From a virus (Duplodnaviria > Caudoviricetes): a stretch of 53,933 nucleotides of DNA. Location: the IMG/VR virus record IMGVR_UViG_3300027973_000070, positions 1-53,933 of that record; one strand, written 5' to 3'. Below the pieces are notes generated by a model. That model was not told the origin of the DNA. It saw nothing but the letters and a program-made list of their open reading frames with translations, and did not search any database. Positions 18,701-25,531 of this stretch are shown piece by piece. Made by a program: the position numbers and the translations under genes. Every line of letters starts with the position of its first letter. Position 1 is the first letter of the stretch.

Positions 18701-20665
18701 GTAAGGATTTTTTATTGACAGATGAAGAGGCATGATGTTGGCCCCAGATTCATACAGCCCTTTGGAAATGCCAGAGGTTGAGGAAATAAAATCTTCCGTG
18801 CTTTCAGGGTTAGCCGCCGTAAAGAATCCCAGTTTTGCTGTCGGATGTTTTGTGTTGCTACCCATTTTCTTTGGGGAAAACTGGTTGACATCTTGACTTG
18901 TTGCATGATAAACGGTAGGTGGGGCTTTGCTCCCCTCAAGGAACTTGGCAAGGTTGGCATCGCGCTCTGCCGTAGATAGCACATCCTGTGTGCCTTTTAC
19001 ACCATCATTGAGCAGTCCATGCAACTTGGCGTTGGCAAGCGACTCCTTGTCCATTGACATCGGAATACTGTTTACGCCTTGGTCGCGCAAGTAGGCGTAG
19101 CGATGACGGCCATCGCCAAAAGTAATTCGGCCAATCTTGTCTACAGAAACATTGCTGGCATTCATGGACGGGGCTGTCTGGGCAAACTCACCAAACTTGT
19201 TGTATCGGTCGCTAATGCCGCCTTGACCTTGTGGCCCGACATACTGCCATTCCGTCTTCTTAAACGCTTTGTCAAAAGCCTGTGGGTTGACGTTAGCCAA
19301 CACGTTACCTTCACGAGCCTCAATCGGATGCATGGTTACAGGCAAGACCTTGTCGCCAAACTTGACAGCCGACTTCCCCGCCTCGGCTTGGGGGGCGTCA
19401 ACCAAAAACTTCTTGGCAATGTCTCCAAGAGCCTTCAGCTTACCGCCGCCAGCCATGTGGACAACCTTCTCTCCGCCCATGCGGGCTTGGATAGCGGCCT
19501 GCAAACGGGCGTCAGCGGCTTCCATGTCTACCGCCCCACCGTTTGCCATACGGGCTTGTATTGCTTGCGCCAGCCTTGCGTCTGCGGCCTCCATGTCGAC
19601 AGCGCCGCCTTCCTTGTATCCCGCTTTTTGCAGGTACGTCAGGTAGTCTTCGTCAACGAGTTGTGATGGCTCTGCCCTTGCCAAGTCATAGTAGGTGACG
19701 GGCGAAGGCTTTTGATTTTTATCTAGCCGCCCCTCCCGTGCTTTATAGAAGTCGCGCATAGCCTTTTCAGGCGGAACCAGTCCGTACTTCAGGCCAAGGT
19801 CATTTCCTGTCACTTGATAAGCAAACGCCTCGTTCAAGTCTGGGCGCTCAATGATTTTGCCATCCAGCACAAACAGGCGATTGCCCACATCGTAAGTACC
19901 AGCATTTACTAGGTCGGGGTCGGTCTCGCGCTTGAGGATGTTTTCAATGTCGCTTGCGTCGACGAACTTTGTGCCGGGGAATTCATTCTTGAAGTCTTTA
20001 CGCGCCATCGGGCCTTTGACGCCTAGCCCAAGCATGACATCACCAACAGCAGCGCGTCGGGCAAAGGTGTTGGCAACGCTCAGGGCGCTTGGGTCAGTCA
20101 GGTCAAACCCATTCTGGAACACCTTGGCTCCCGTCTTCAGGTCTGTCAGTTCATTCAGGCGTTTGTTCATGAGCATGATTTGCTCAACAGGCACAACGCC
20201 CTGCTTAACGGACTTCTGAAACTCTTTGATGGCGTCGCCAATGACTACGGAGTTGCTTTTGTGTTGGTCGGGTGAGCCAACGAAAGTTGTCCACAGGCTG
20301 TTCTCTGGGTCGTTCTGGCGAATCTTCTTCTCTGCCGTGCCTATGTTGCCAAAGCCCCAAACCGTGTTGGCCTTCTTGTGGGGCTTGGAGAAATGCTGGA
20401 GGCCAGAGAAGCCTACGCCGCCACGGTTCTGGCCCTGTACCCTTGAGCGGTCAGCCTCGGTGAAGTTCAAGGTCTTGCCCTCTGCGCCTGCGTTGCCCAG
20501 TGCCTCGGACATCCGCATGGATGCAGGAGCCGCTGGGTCAGCGAAGTCAACGCCGGGAACCCCAAGACCTCGGGAGCGTGCAGCAGCCACCTCTTCTGGC
20601 GCAAGCAGGCGCTTGGCAAAGTCCAGTCCGCCTTTGATTACCTTGAGTCTTTTTGGGTCAGCCAT
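15770..20665 (-). CDS. Large polyvalent protein with ParB-like, ADP-ribosyltransferase-like (ART-PolyVal) and PcfJ-like modules
   Basis: FGDGRHRY (~19100); YHAT...GFF...MPLHLSIKNPY...GHDGL...VAFEPEQIKSA..NRGTYD (~18430-18965); ESEAMGHSVRGY...VYSL.DSKG.PHATVE...QIKGKGNRAP (~16500-16950). Confidence 0.7.
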   Translation of the reverse strand: MADPKRLKVIKGGLDFAKRLLAPEEVAAARSRGLGVPGVDFADPAAPASMRMSEALGNAGAEGKTLNFTEADRSRVQGQNRGGVGFSGLQHFSKPHKKANTVWGFGNIGTAEKKIRQNDPENSLWTTFVGSPDQHKSNSVVIGDAIKEFQKSVKQGVVPVEQIMLMNKRLNELTDLKTGAKVFQNGFDLTDPSALSVANTFARRAAVGDVMLGLGVKGPMARKDFKNEFPGTKFVDASDIENILKRETDPDLVNAGTYDVGNRLFVLDGKIIERPDLNEAFAYQVTGNDLGLKYGLVPPEKAMRDFYKAREGRLDKNQKPSPVTYYDLARAEPSQLVDEDYLTYLQKAGYKEGGAVDMEAADARLAQAIQARMANGGAVDMEAADARLQAAIQARMGGEKVVHMAGGGKLKALGDIAKKFLVDAPQAEAGKSAVKFGDKVLPVTMHPIEAREGNVLANVNPQAFDKAFKKTEWQYVGPQGQGGISDRYNKFGEFAQTAPSMNASNVSVDKIGRITFGDGRHRYAYLRDQGVNSIPMSMDKESLANAKLHGLLNDGVKGTQDVLSTAERDANLAKFLEGSKAPPTVYHATSQDVNQFSPKKMGSNTKHPTAKLGFFTAANPESTEDFISSTSGISKGLYESGANIMPLHLSIKNPYEIPSSQYMLQSMALQNMKKKDAEKFIQDFKDSLIQEGHDGLLIKANPRGLAKGNEYSSDNWVAFEPEQIKSAISNRGTYDITDPDISKAKGGLMMAGGGDPLDQFSPPRYRSAGRRPENQNDRKAAANMPMDFARGLVSGIGGAPGDIESLIRMIPGLERSRTLSDLVTGNHRETYLPTSEDIEKRLPFRSDTPAGQAASGLGTLAGGFYTGPGAPIRLVGGLPKAVMKAGKDFGRAAGQPAANVVKPTGGNFLLGRTEKDLQPLKTPTFVGETPAQRISKHEELLKNPTLSQDQRDRVQRMLDATKGEAAIDKWVDSNLTNYVKKQMGTADDPVRKLAEQGITHNPGLLRDNPYLSTAPLRKQRREAGFPEEGMGQSPAAQAWEQASDEAIATHRAGDIQEMPERFAKFTEAENKMRAARSELDEKFKQHIAVAGLNEREEANLIRGTAFDVKAKMVGDTDYAKANTEYINAHVPMMDNYMELGRQNPYINKLAPETPMYAPFTGDLGFDHIMDVLREDVTAGRIRPEQLSKVSMEQAVRRTFEYDQELAAKMNASRAAAREGLPTYREYPEGYKWIQLNKPGAFSQESEAMGHSVRGYEPPKGHPDWVEGSGDSGSLSYGQGGWEAIKSGKTKVYSLVDSKGAPHATVETKIGGGHEYAGEKNKEIIRLAEERGIQKYMAPGNESLWAEAEKNLAERGITPPQNITQIKGKGNRAPNEEYLPYIQDFVKGGQWSDVGDLRNTGLTRKSDLIDKFSPDELDAIGAGEYVTRAEQDDLLLRALRPPEGMAHGGALSKLQFMDKGGITTSGGTFSPEELGISASDLSVMDDKTWDAIKRNAPGVYEEEKQKAKQKIKDEVSQLKSARGIKDFALRVGASYAGAIPDLANFLLMAPDAVLGTELASEKPWFGSAQYLDAMNKAGLLGENEFPIAETVAGLLTPAGLIKKGVKKGVQLFSGKKPEAPKKRRGGLAAMAR
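19478..19620 (-). repeat. Two 72-nt tandem coding repeats (GGAVDMEAADARLxxAIQARM)
   Basis: 24-aa duplication visible in translation. Confidence 0.8.
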
Positions 20666-20667
20666 AG

Positions 20668-22980
20668 TTACACCGCATAGGGGTTGACCCGCTCTTTGCG
20701 GGTATAAGCGTAGTCATCGTCGTCATCATACAGAGGCTCAGGGTTGATGTCGAGGAAACCCATGTCCTTCATTAACCGAATCGCTTGTGTGCAATTGTGT
20801 ACCAGAATCCCGTTGGCATAGTAGCAATGCTCACCCTCCACTGTCAGGTCGAACACATGACGCATGGTATGGGTGTTCGTAACTTGACTTGCCAAGACGG
20901 AGCCGAGACTCTTGGTTTTGGCAGGTGGGGCCGCAAAACTTCTTTCGGTCAGGAACTTTGGCAATCCCGTCAAAACCGCACCAAACGCATTTGTAAGGGG
21001 CTGGATAGTACGAGTTAGGCTTACCCCAAGCCTTGCCCAAAGAGTTCTTTGCGTGTTCTTTGTGCCATGCCTTACCTTTGTCTGACCTGTGCCATTCAGC
21101 GGCTTTGTGTCGAACCTTGTCAAGGTGGGCAATCTGCTTGGGGGATTTGTTCTGCTCGGACAATTCAGCGCGATGTTCATCCCAATGCTGCTTGCGTGTG
21201 ATGCAGGCCAAGTTGCCGATGTCGTTGTTGGCCGTGTTGCCGTCAATGTGGTGAACGTGCATACCTTGAGGGATTGGCCCGTTGTGATGAATCCACACAT
21301 CCCGGTGAAGCCTGTAGCCAGCCCTTGCAAAGTATCGGCGGTGCGCCGGGTTATCACTCTCAGGATAACGGTTGTACTTGCGACCGTTGAAGACCACCGA
21401 CTCAACAGCAACGCCACTTGATTTGAAAACCATGATGCATCCTTGTAAAGGTATACATTGTGGATTGATTGATTCAATGAGTCAACCCTAGTCCAACCAT
21501 GTTGGGTCATCACGCGATGCTCGGCTGTAGCCAATAGCCCGTTGACGTTCCACACCTCTTTTAGTCCGTTGTCGTGTACCGTCGTGACCCGTCGAGCGCC
21601 CACTGGTGTCATCACCATGTCGCCAACCACAATATCCTTGATGACCTTTGTGCCGCTTGCCATTTGCACCTGAGTCAATGAATCAACACAGGAATCTACA
21701 TAATCATCATGGGTTGAGTCGGGGAAGGAGCATATTTGGCTCAGGAAGCCCTCACACCAGTCCTTGACGTAGCCCTTCCTGACGCTGCTCTCGGGTAGCC
21801 ATACCCGGCCTGTGGCGAAGATGGAGGCGGTAATCTGGAGTCGCTGCATCTTGTCAGCCTTGCCGGGGTTGTAGCCCCTGACGGGCAGATGCGCAGCACG
21901 CAGTTCTTGAATCAGGGAGATGCCTGCGGCCTTGTCTTCCACGAGTATCAGGTCAGGGCGCTTGGCCTCCTTGCCTTCGCCGTAGGACACCCGCCACTCC
22001 TCTAGCACCTTGGGCTTGAGCAGGGGGAAGGTCAGGTGTTCGGCCCAGCAGTCGATGAGCAGGACGGACATCGGGCCATCCAGTGGCTTGAATACGCCCC
22101 ACGTTGTCATGGCCGTCGGGTCGTTGTATTCCTTATCGCTGAAGGCACAGTCATAGCTTTGGACTATGAACTCGAACTTGGGGAAGGGTTTCTCGGCGGG
22201 GTACAGCTTGAACATGTCCCTGCCAACCACCTTGCCGTCTTCGAGGTCGACCAGCATACCCATGACCTCCTGCTCGTACAGCTTGCTGCCTTTGTACTGC
22301 TCAAGCTGGTTGCGGAAGGTTGAGGCGAGGTTGGCCTCGTTCTCGTAGGTGCTGGCGCGGTCAATGACTACGTCGTCACCCTCCCTGCCGACCAAGTCGA
22401 TGATGAGGTCTTTGGGTCTCGGGGTGGTTGTCACGATGACACGGGGCTTGTCACCCAGACGCAGGCCCATCATCATCATGTCCCACGCCTCCCCGGCTCC
22501 GAGGTACTGGAATGCCGCCAACTCATCACACCAAGCGTAGTGGAACTGCGGCCCCCGCAGGCGCTCGTAGGAGTCGCCCGAGATGCCCCGGATGATTGCC
22601 CCGTTGCTCAGGCGGATTTGGTGGTCTTGCTTGTTGTAGTCAACCACGAGTTCTGGGGGGATGCAGGCGAGGAGTCCTGACTGCCCCTCAAAGCAGGTGA
22701 ACTTGATGTCGTTGCTGGTTGGAGCCAGCACAAGGCATCGACAGCCGGGGTGACACCATGCCCACCACCAGAGGGCTTCAGCGGCACTGCGGGTCTTCCC
22801 GGCCCCCCGGCCAGCCAGCATCATCCAGACGGTGTAGTCCTGCTCAAGCGGGGGCGGTATCTGGTATCTGTGGGCGCTGGCTACCCATTTGGCGTGGGCA
22901 ATCAGGGCAATGCGGTCATGCTCAGGGCGGCGGTTGAACTCTGCCTGCACCTCTGGGTCTGACAGCATCTCACTCAGCAT
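20668..22980 (-). CDS. terL: Terminase large subunit containing an intein
   Basis: AGRGAGKT Walker A, LRGPQF..AWCDE Walker B, VTTTP, QSYD, LVEDKAAG, HDDYVDS|CTQA nuclease motif split by the intein; start likely MLSEML (22980). Confidence 0.93.
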   Translation of the reverse strand: MLSEMLSDPEVQAEFNRRPEHDRIALIAHAKWVASAHRYQIPPPLEQDYTVWMMLAGRGAGKTRSAAEALWWWAWCHPGCRCLVLAPTSNDIKFTCFEGQSGLLACIPPELVVDYNKQDHQIRLSNGAIIRGISGDSYERLRGPQFHYAWCDELAAFQYLGAGEAWDMMMMGLRLGDKPRVIVTTTPRPKDLIIDLVGREGDDVVIDRASTYENEANLASTFRNQLEQYKGSKLYEQEVMGMLVDLEDGKVVGRDMFKLYPAEKPFPKFEFIVQSYDCAFSDKEYNDPTAMTTWGVFKPLDGPMSVLLIDCWAEHLTFPLLKPKVLEEWRVSYGEGKEAKRPDLILVEDKAAGISLIQELRAAHLPVRGYNPGKADKMQRLQITASIFATGRVWLPESSVRKGYVKDWCEGFLSQICSFPDSTHDDYVDSCVDSLTQVQMASGTKVIKDIVVGDMVMTPVGARRVTTVHDNGLKEVWNVNGLLATAEHRVMTQHGWTRVDSLNQSIHNVYLYKDASWFSNQVALLLSRWSSTVASTTVILRVITRRTADTLQGLATGFTGMCGFITTGQSLKVCTFTTLTATRPTTTSATWPASHASSIGMNIALNCPSRTNPPSRLPTLTRFDTKPLNGTGQTKVRHGTKNTQRTLWARLGVSLTRTIQPLTNAFGAVLTGLPKFLTERSFAAPPAKTKSLGSVLASQVTNTHTMRHVFDLTVEGEHCYYANGILVHNCTQAIRLMKDMGFLDINPEPLYDDDDDYAYTRKERVNPYAV
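20831..21433 (-). CDS. HNH endonuclease nested in the intein in an alternative reading frame
   Basis: LHRDVW..HNGPIPQGMHVHHIDGNTANNDIGNLACITRKQH, C-terminal CVWC...KFCGPTC zinc ribbon; AAGGA RBS 6 nt before ATG. Confidence 0.88.
   Translation of the reverse strand: MVFKSSGVAVESVVFNGRKYNRYPESDNPAHRRYFARAGYRLHRDVWIHHNGPIPQGMHVHHIDGNTANNDIGNLACITRKQHWDEHRAELSEQNKSPKQIAHLDKVRHKAAEWHRSDKGKAWHKEHAKNSLGKAWGKPNSYYPAPYKCVWCGFDGIAKVPDRKKFCGPTCQNQESRLRLGKSSYEHPYHASCVRPDSGG
21457..21485 (-). promoter_or_regulatory. Putative sigma70-like promoter inside the intein, upstream of the nested HNH
   Basis: TTGACT-N17-CACAAT in an AT-rich patch. Confidence 0.4.
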
Positions 22981-22984
22981 GACG

Positions 22985-23188
22985 CTACAACCAGCCCATG
23001 AAGTCCTTGACATGTTGTGGAATCTCGCGATACCCACGGCAGTGCGCCAGCAAGTTGGCTACTTGGTCGGGTATCAGCTTGCCAACGTATGGGGCGTCTT
23101 TGCACCAGATGGTCAGGAGTTTCTGTTGACCATTGGTCAAACCCCTCTCGTCGCTGATTTGGTCTAACCATTCTCTGGTTACTATCAT
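22985..23188 (-). CDS. Hypothetical protein
   Basis: MIVTREWLDQISDERGLT...; ends 4 nt before the terL start. Confidence 0.55.
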   Translation of the reverse strand: MIVTREWLDQISDERGLTNGQQKLLTIWCKDAPYVGKLIPDQVANLLAHCRGYREIPQHVKDFMGWL

Positions 23189-23189
23189 T

Positions 23190-23530
23190 ACTGACCCTTG
23201 GTGATTGTTTGAGCAAAGCACAGCCTAACCGTGTCAAAACAGCGGTTCCGCTCTGTGCCTGATGTCTGACCCCCGGAGCCATGTCATCGCGTCGCACTAT
23301 CCCAGACTTCATTAACCACCCGGCTCTAGGACTTCGCCCACCGCCCCTGCTCTGGCTTGCTCGTGTTGCAGGGTTATTTAAGACTCCACCACCGACGTGC
23401 CGCATGGTGTCCGAGTCACTGTGGGAATGCAAAAAGCCGTTACTACTGCCCTCGGTGGTAACCCTACGGTGTGAACCAAGGGCGAAGGCATGAGTAACGG
23501 CTCTCGTCTGTCGCTTACCACAGCAACAAC
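23190..23530 (-). ncRNA. Candidate structured leader RNA upstream of terL
   Basis: Perfect 10-bp stem AGCCGTTACT/AGTAACGGCT followed by a U-tract; complementary TGGTAA/TTACCA loops; TGG-TACAGT extended -10 at ~23535-23543. Confidence 0.45.
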
Positions 23531-23547
23531 TTGACTGTACCACAGTT

Positions 23548-23760
23548 TTACCGGGCTGCATAGTAGTTGTCACTGATGTTGTGACGCTCGACCGACCACA
23601 GGATGCGCGGGGCTTGGTGCAGGCGCAAGCGGAATCGGGCACGGAATGAAGTGCGGGTGGCAAAGTCGTACCATGCCCAGATTGCCACAAACCCACCCGG
23701 CGTCTTGCTCAGGTTCAGGCCCAGCTTGAGGTAGCCACCCTCTTGGAAGAGGTGAATCAC
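23548..23760 (-). CDS. Hypothetical protein
   Basis: GTGA overlap with the upstream ORF; GAGG RBS. Confidence 0.45.
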   Translation of the reverse strand: MIHLFQEGGYLKLGLNLSKTPGGFVAIWAWYDFATRTSFRARFRLRLHQAPRILWSVERHNISDNYYAAR

Positions 23761-23981
23761 TCTACTGCCTCGTAGGTCAGCTTGAAAATTTCGTCTTTGC
23801 AAGGATAAAACTCACCCTTCACGCCTGTGATAATCCAGTCGCCGGGGGTGACGATGTGGTCGCCTTCCAGCGTCTCAATAAAAACCCGCCCATTCCAAGG
23901 ACTGGACTGGACTTTAGGGTGGTCGCCATCCTTGAACCACTGGGTGGCCTCAATCACGACAGGTTTCTTGCGGAACTTCAT
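23757..23981 (-). CDS. Conserved phage protein (PGDWII family)
   Basis: MKFRKKPVVIEATQW...IETLEG...PGDWIITGVKGEFYPCKDEIF. Confidence 0.85.
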   Translation of the reverse strand: MKFRKKPVVIEATQWFKDGDHPKVQSSPWNGRVFIETLEGDHIVTPGDWIITGVKGEFYPCKDEIFKLTYEAVE

Positions 23982-23990
23982 ATTTTCTCC

Positions 23991-24578
23991 TTAACCAGCA
24001 CGTTTTGTCATCTCCATGTTCTTGATGACCTCAAGGAACTTGGAGGCATTAGAGTCCTCGGTCTTGATGGCCGCTCCACCCTCTACGCCCTCTAGCGCCA
24101 CACGGTCGCCGTACTTCTTGGGCTTCAGCTTCATGGCCGTCCACTTGCGGGCCTCAATGCGTTGCTTCTGCCACAGGATGTAGGTTTGGTCGAGGTAAGT
24201 TCGCCCCTTGTCGTCAGTGAACTCGGGCGGCATCTCGTCGGCAATCTCCAAGATTTCATCAGCGTTGGTGTCGGCCTGCTCCTCTCTGGCGCGAGCGTAT
24301 TGCTCCGCAAAGACGGGCTGGCGAATCAACCACTCATATACCGTACTCTGCGCAGGGAGCGTTCCTGCCTTGTCGGCCCTCAGTATCTGGCGTAGGCTCA
24401 TGCCCTCACTGAGCATCATGCATATGAGGTCTGCTGTCTGTTGGTTGTACTTTGTTGGGCGTCCAGTTGGTTTGGGCGCTACAGGAGCCTGTACGGGCGA
24501 ATGGCTACCTTGGGCTTGCTTTGCGGCCTTGGGCGTCTTGGCGGGCGTTTTAGCCCTCTTGCTGGTGGTTTCTGGCAT
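23991..24578 (-). CDS. terS: Terminase small subunit (Sf6 gp1-like)
   Basis: GRPTKY...IC..LSEGMSLRQI...STVYEWL...F.EQYARARE...RIEARKW.AMKLKPKKYGD. Confidence 0.88.
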   Translation of the reverse strand: MPETTSKRAKTPAKTPKAAKQAQGSHSPVQAPVAPKPTGRPTKYNQQTADLICMMLSEGMSLRQILRADKAGTLPAQSTVYEWLIRQPVFAEQYARAREEQADTNADEILEIADEMPPEFTDDKGRTYLDQTYILWQKQRIEARKWTAMKLKPKKYGDRVALEGVEGGAAIKTEDSNASKFLEVIKNMEMTKRAG

Positions 24579-24752
24579 AACCCGTATTCCCCATGTGAGT
24601 GGACAGTGTAATCGATTCGCTTCGGGTCGCTATGGGTTGTTGGTAGCCCAATCGCCAGCAGGGTGCTTCCCTCTGGCCGGAGTGGGCGGTTATTTCAATC
24701 GCAAAGCCCTCACGATGCGACATAGCCAATGCGTCCATCGGCGATACCCTTA

Positions 24753-24899
24753 CCAACACGGCTGGACATTGATAGGTGGATTCGAACCACTGTGGCAGGG
24801 CTTAATCCCCACCCCCCGGCGTATAGGGCTTGTTACTCGCCCGTCCGACCAGCCTCACCGAACTTTGCTGGCACTCTCATCAATCCCCATGCGTGTTGG
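24753..24899 (-). ncRNA. tRNA-like four-arm structured RNA (non-canonical)
   Basis: GTGG-TTCGAAT-CCAC T-arm, three further hairpins and a long closing stem CCAACACG/CGTGTTGG; no canonical anticodon arm or CCA. Confidence 0.5.
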
Positions 24900-24930
24900 C
24901 TCTCGGCTTTCGCCGGGAACCCATTGTGTT

Positions 24931-25095
24931 TTACTTCGCTTTCGGTTCGTTACACAAGCCACTTGTGAAGGCTTGCGGGGTCTGTTGCTTGCACTCTTCT
25001 TCGGTCAAAAGAAAGTTTGGAACCCAAACCCAAAACGCTGTAAAGGCAATGAACATTGTACCAATAATCACCTTGTCAAGCAATGTTTCCTTCAC
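24931..25095 (-). CDS. Small membrane protein (54 aa, not in track)
   Basis: GAGGAG RBS; VIIGTMFIAFTAFWVWV hydrophobic stretch. Confidence 0.5.
   Translation of the reverse strand: MKETLLDKVIIGTMFIAFTAFWVWVPNFLLTEEECKQQTPQAFTSGLCNEPKAK
25055..25083 (-). promoter_or_regulatory. Putative sigma70 promoter upstream of the RNA cluster and terS
   Basis: TTGCTT-N17-TACAAT with TGn extension. Confidence 0.45.
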
Positions 25096-25179
25096 CACGG
25101 CGACTCCTCATGATTGTTTGGATTGAACGGGATTGGCTTGCTTGGCAAAGCCGGGGGTAGTTTGGTGGGGAAGGGCCAG

Positions 25180-25362
25180 TTATTCATTGGTCTTAACCCA
25201 TGTGCAGCCAAAACAAATTCGCATCATCCACCTGACAAATGCATTCGGCTCTTTGCCTAGTTGCGGGCGATACACCAAGCCGTGGCCGTCAGGGCCACAG
25301 CCAAACATGTAGCACTTCCACTTCGAATACTCTGGCATTTTTATCGACTTGTATTCAGTCAT
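25180..25362 (-). CDS. Hypothetical protein
   Basis: PEYSKWKCYMFG...PNAFVRWMMRICFGCTW. Confidence 0.55.
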   Translation of the reverse strand: MTEYKSIKMPEYSKWKCYMFGCGPDGHGLVYRPQLGKEPNAFVRWMMRICFGCTWVKTNE

Positions 25363-25531
25363 TGGTCTTGCCCTTTCTTTTTGTTTCAAACTTGTTCACA
25401 TAATCCAGCAACCGGGCAAGCACTGCTGGCTCCATTGCCACTACTTTGTTTTCGTGGTGATTGACCGCAAGCCAGACTTGATAGCCATCGTGGCTAACGT
25501 AGACCCCATCGCCCAGATATGTTTCATCCAT
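25355..25531 (-). CDS. Hypothetical protein (58 aa, not in track)
   Basis: AAGGAG RBS; MDETYLGDGVYVSHDGYQVWL. Confidence 0.55.
   Translation of the reverse strand: MDETYLGDGVYVSHDGYQVWLAVNHHENKVVAMEPAVLARLLDYVNKFETKRKGKTND

Larger units (their letters stand above)
20794..21690 (-). mobile_element. Intein (299 aa) in the TerL nuclease domain
   Basis: Block A CVDSLTQV, block B ATAEHRV, blocks F/G VFDLTVEGEHCYYANGILVHN followed by +1 Cys; ligated exteins restore HDDYVDSCTQA. Confidence 0.92.

Noticed and set aside
21667-21700. Apparent target-site duplication (extein YVDS-CTQ versus intein CVDSLTQ)
   Set aside because: Explained by the intein block A consensus CxxxxTxV; DNA is not identical
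22974-23696. 240-aa minus-strand ORF
   Set aside because: R/S/G-rich and motif-less, overlaps two better ORFs and runs through a terminator-like hairpin
24753-24899. Canonical tRNA gene
   Set aside because: T-loop present but no standard acceptor stem, D-loop, anticodon loop or CCA; kept only as tRNA-like
24208-25113. 301-aa plus-strand ORF
   Set aside because: Antisense to terS and the structured region; no recognisable motifs
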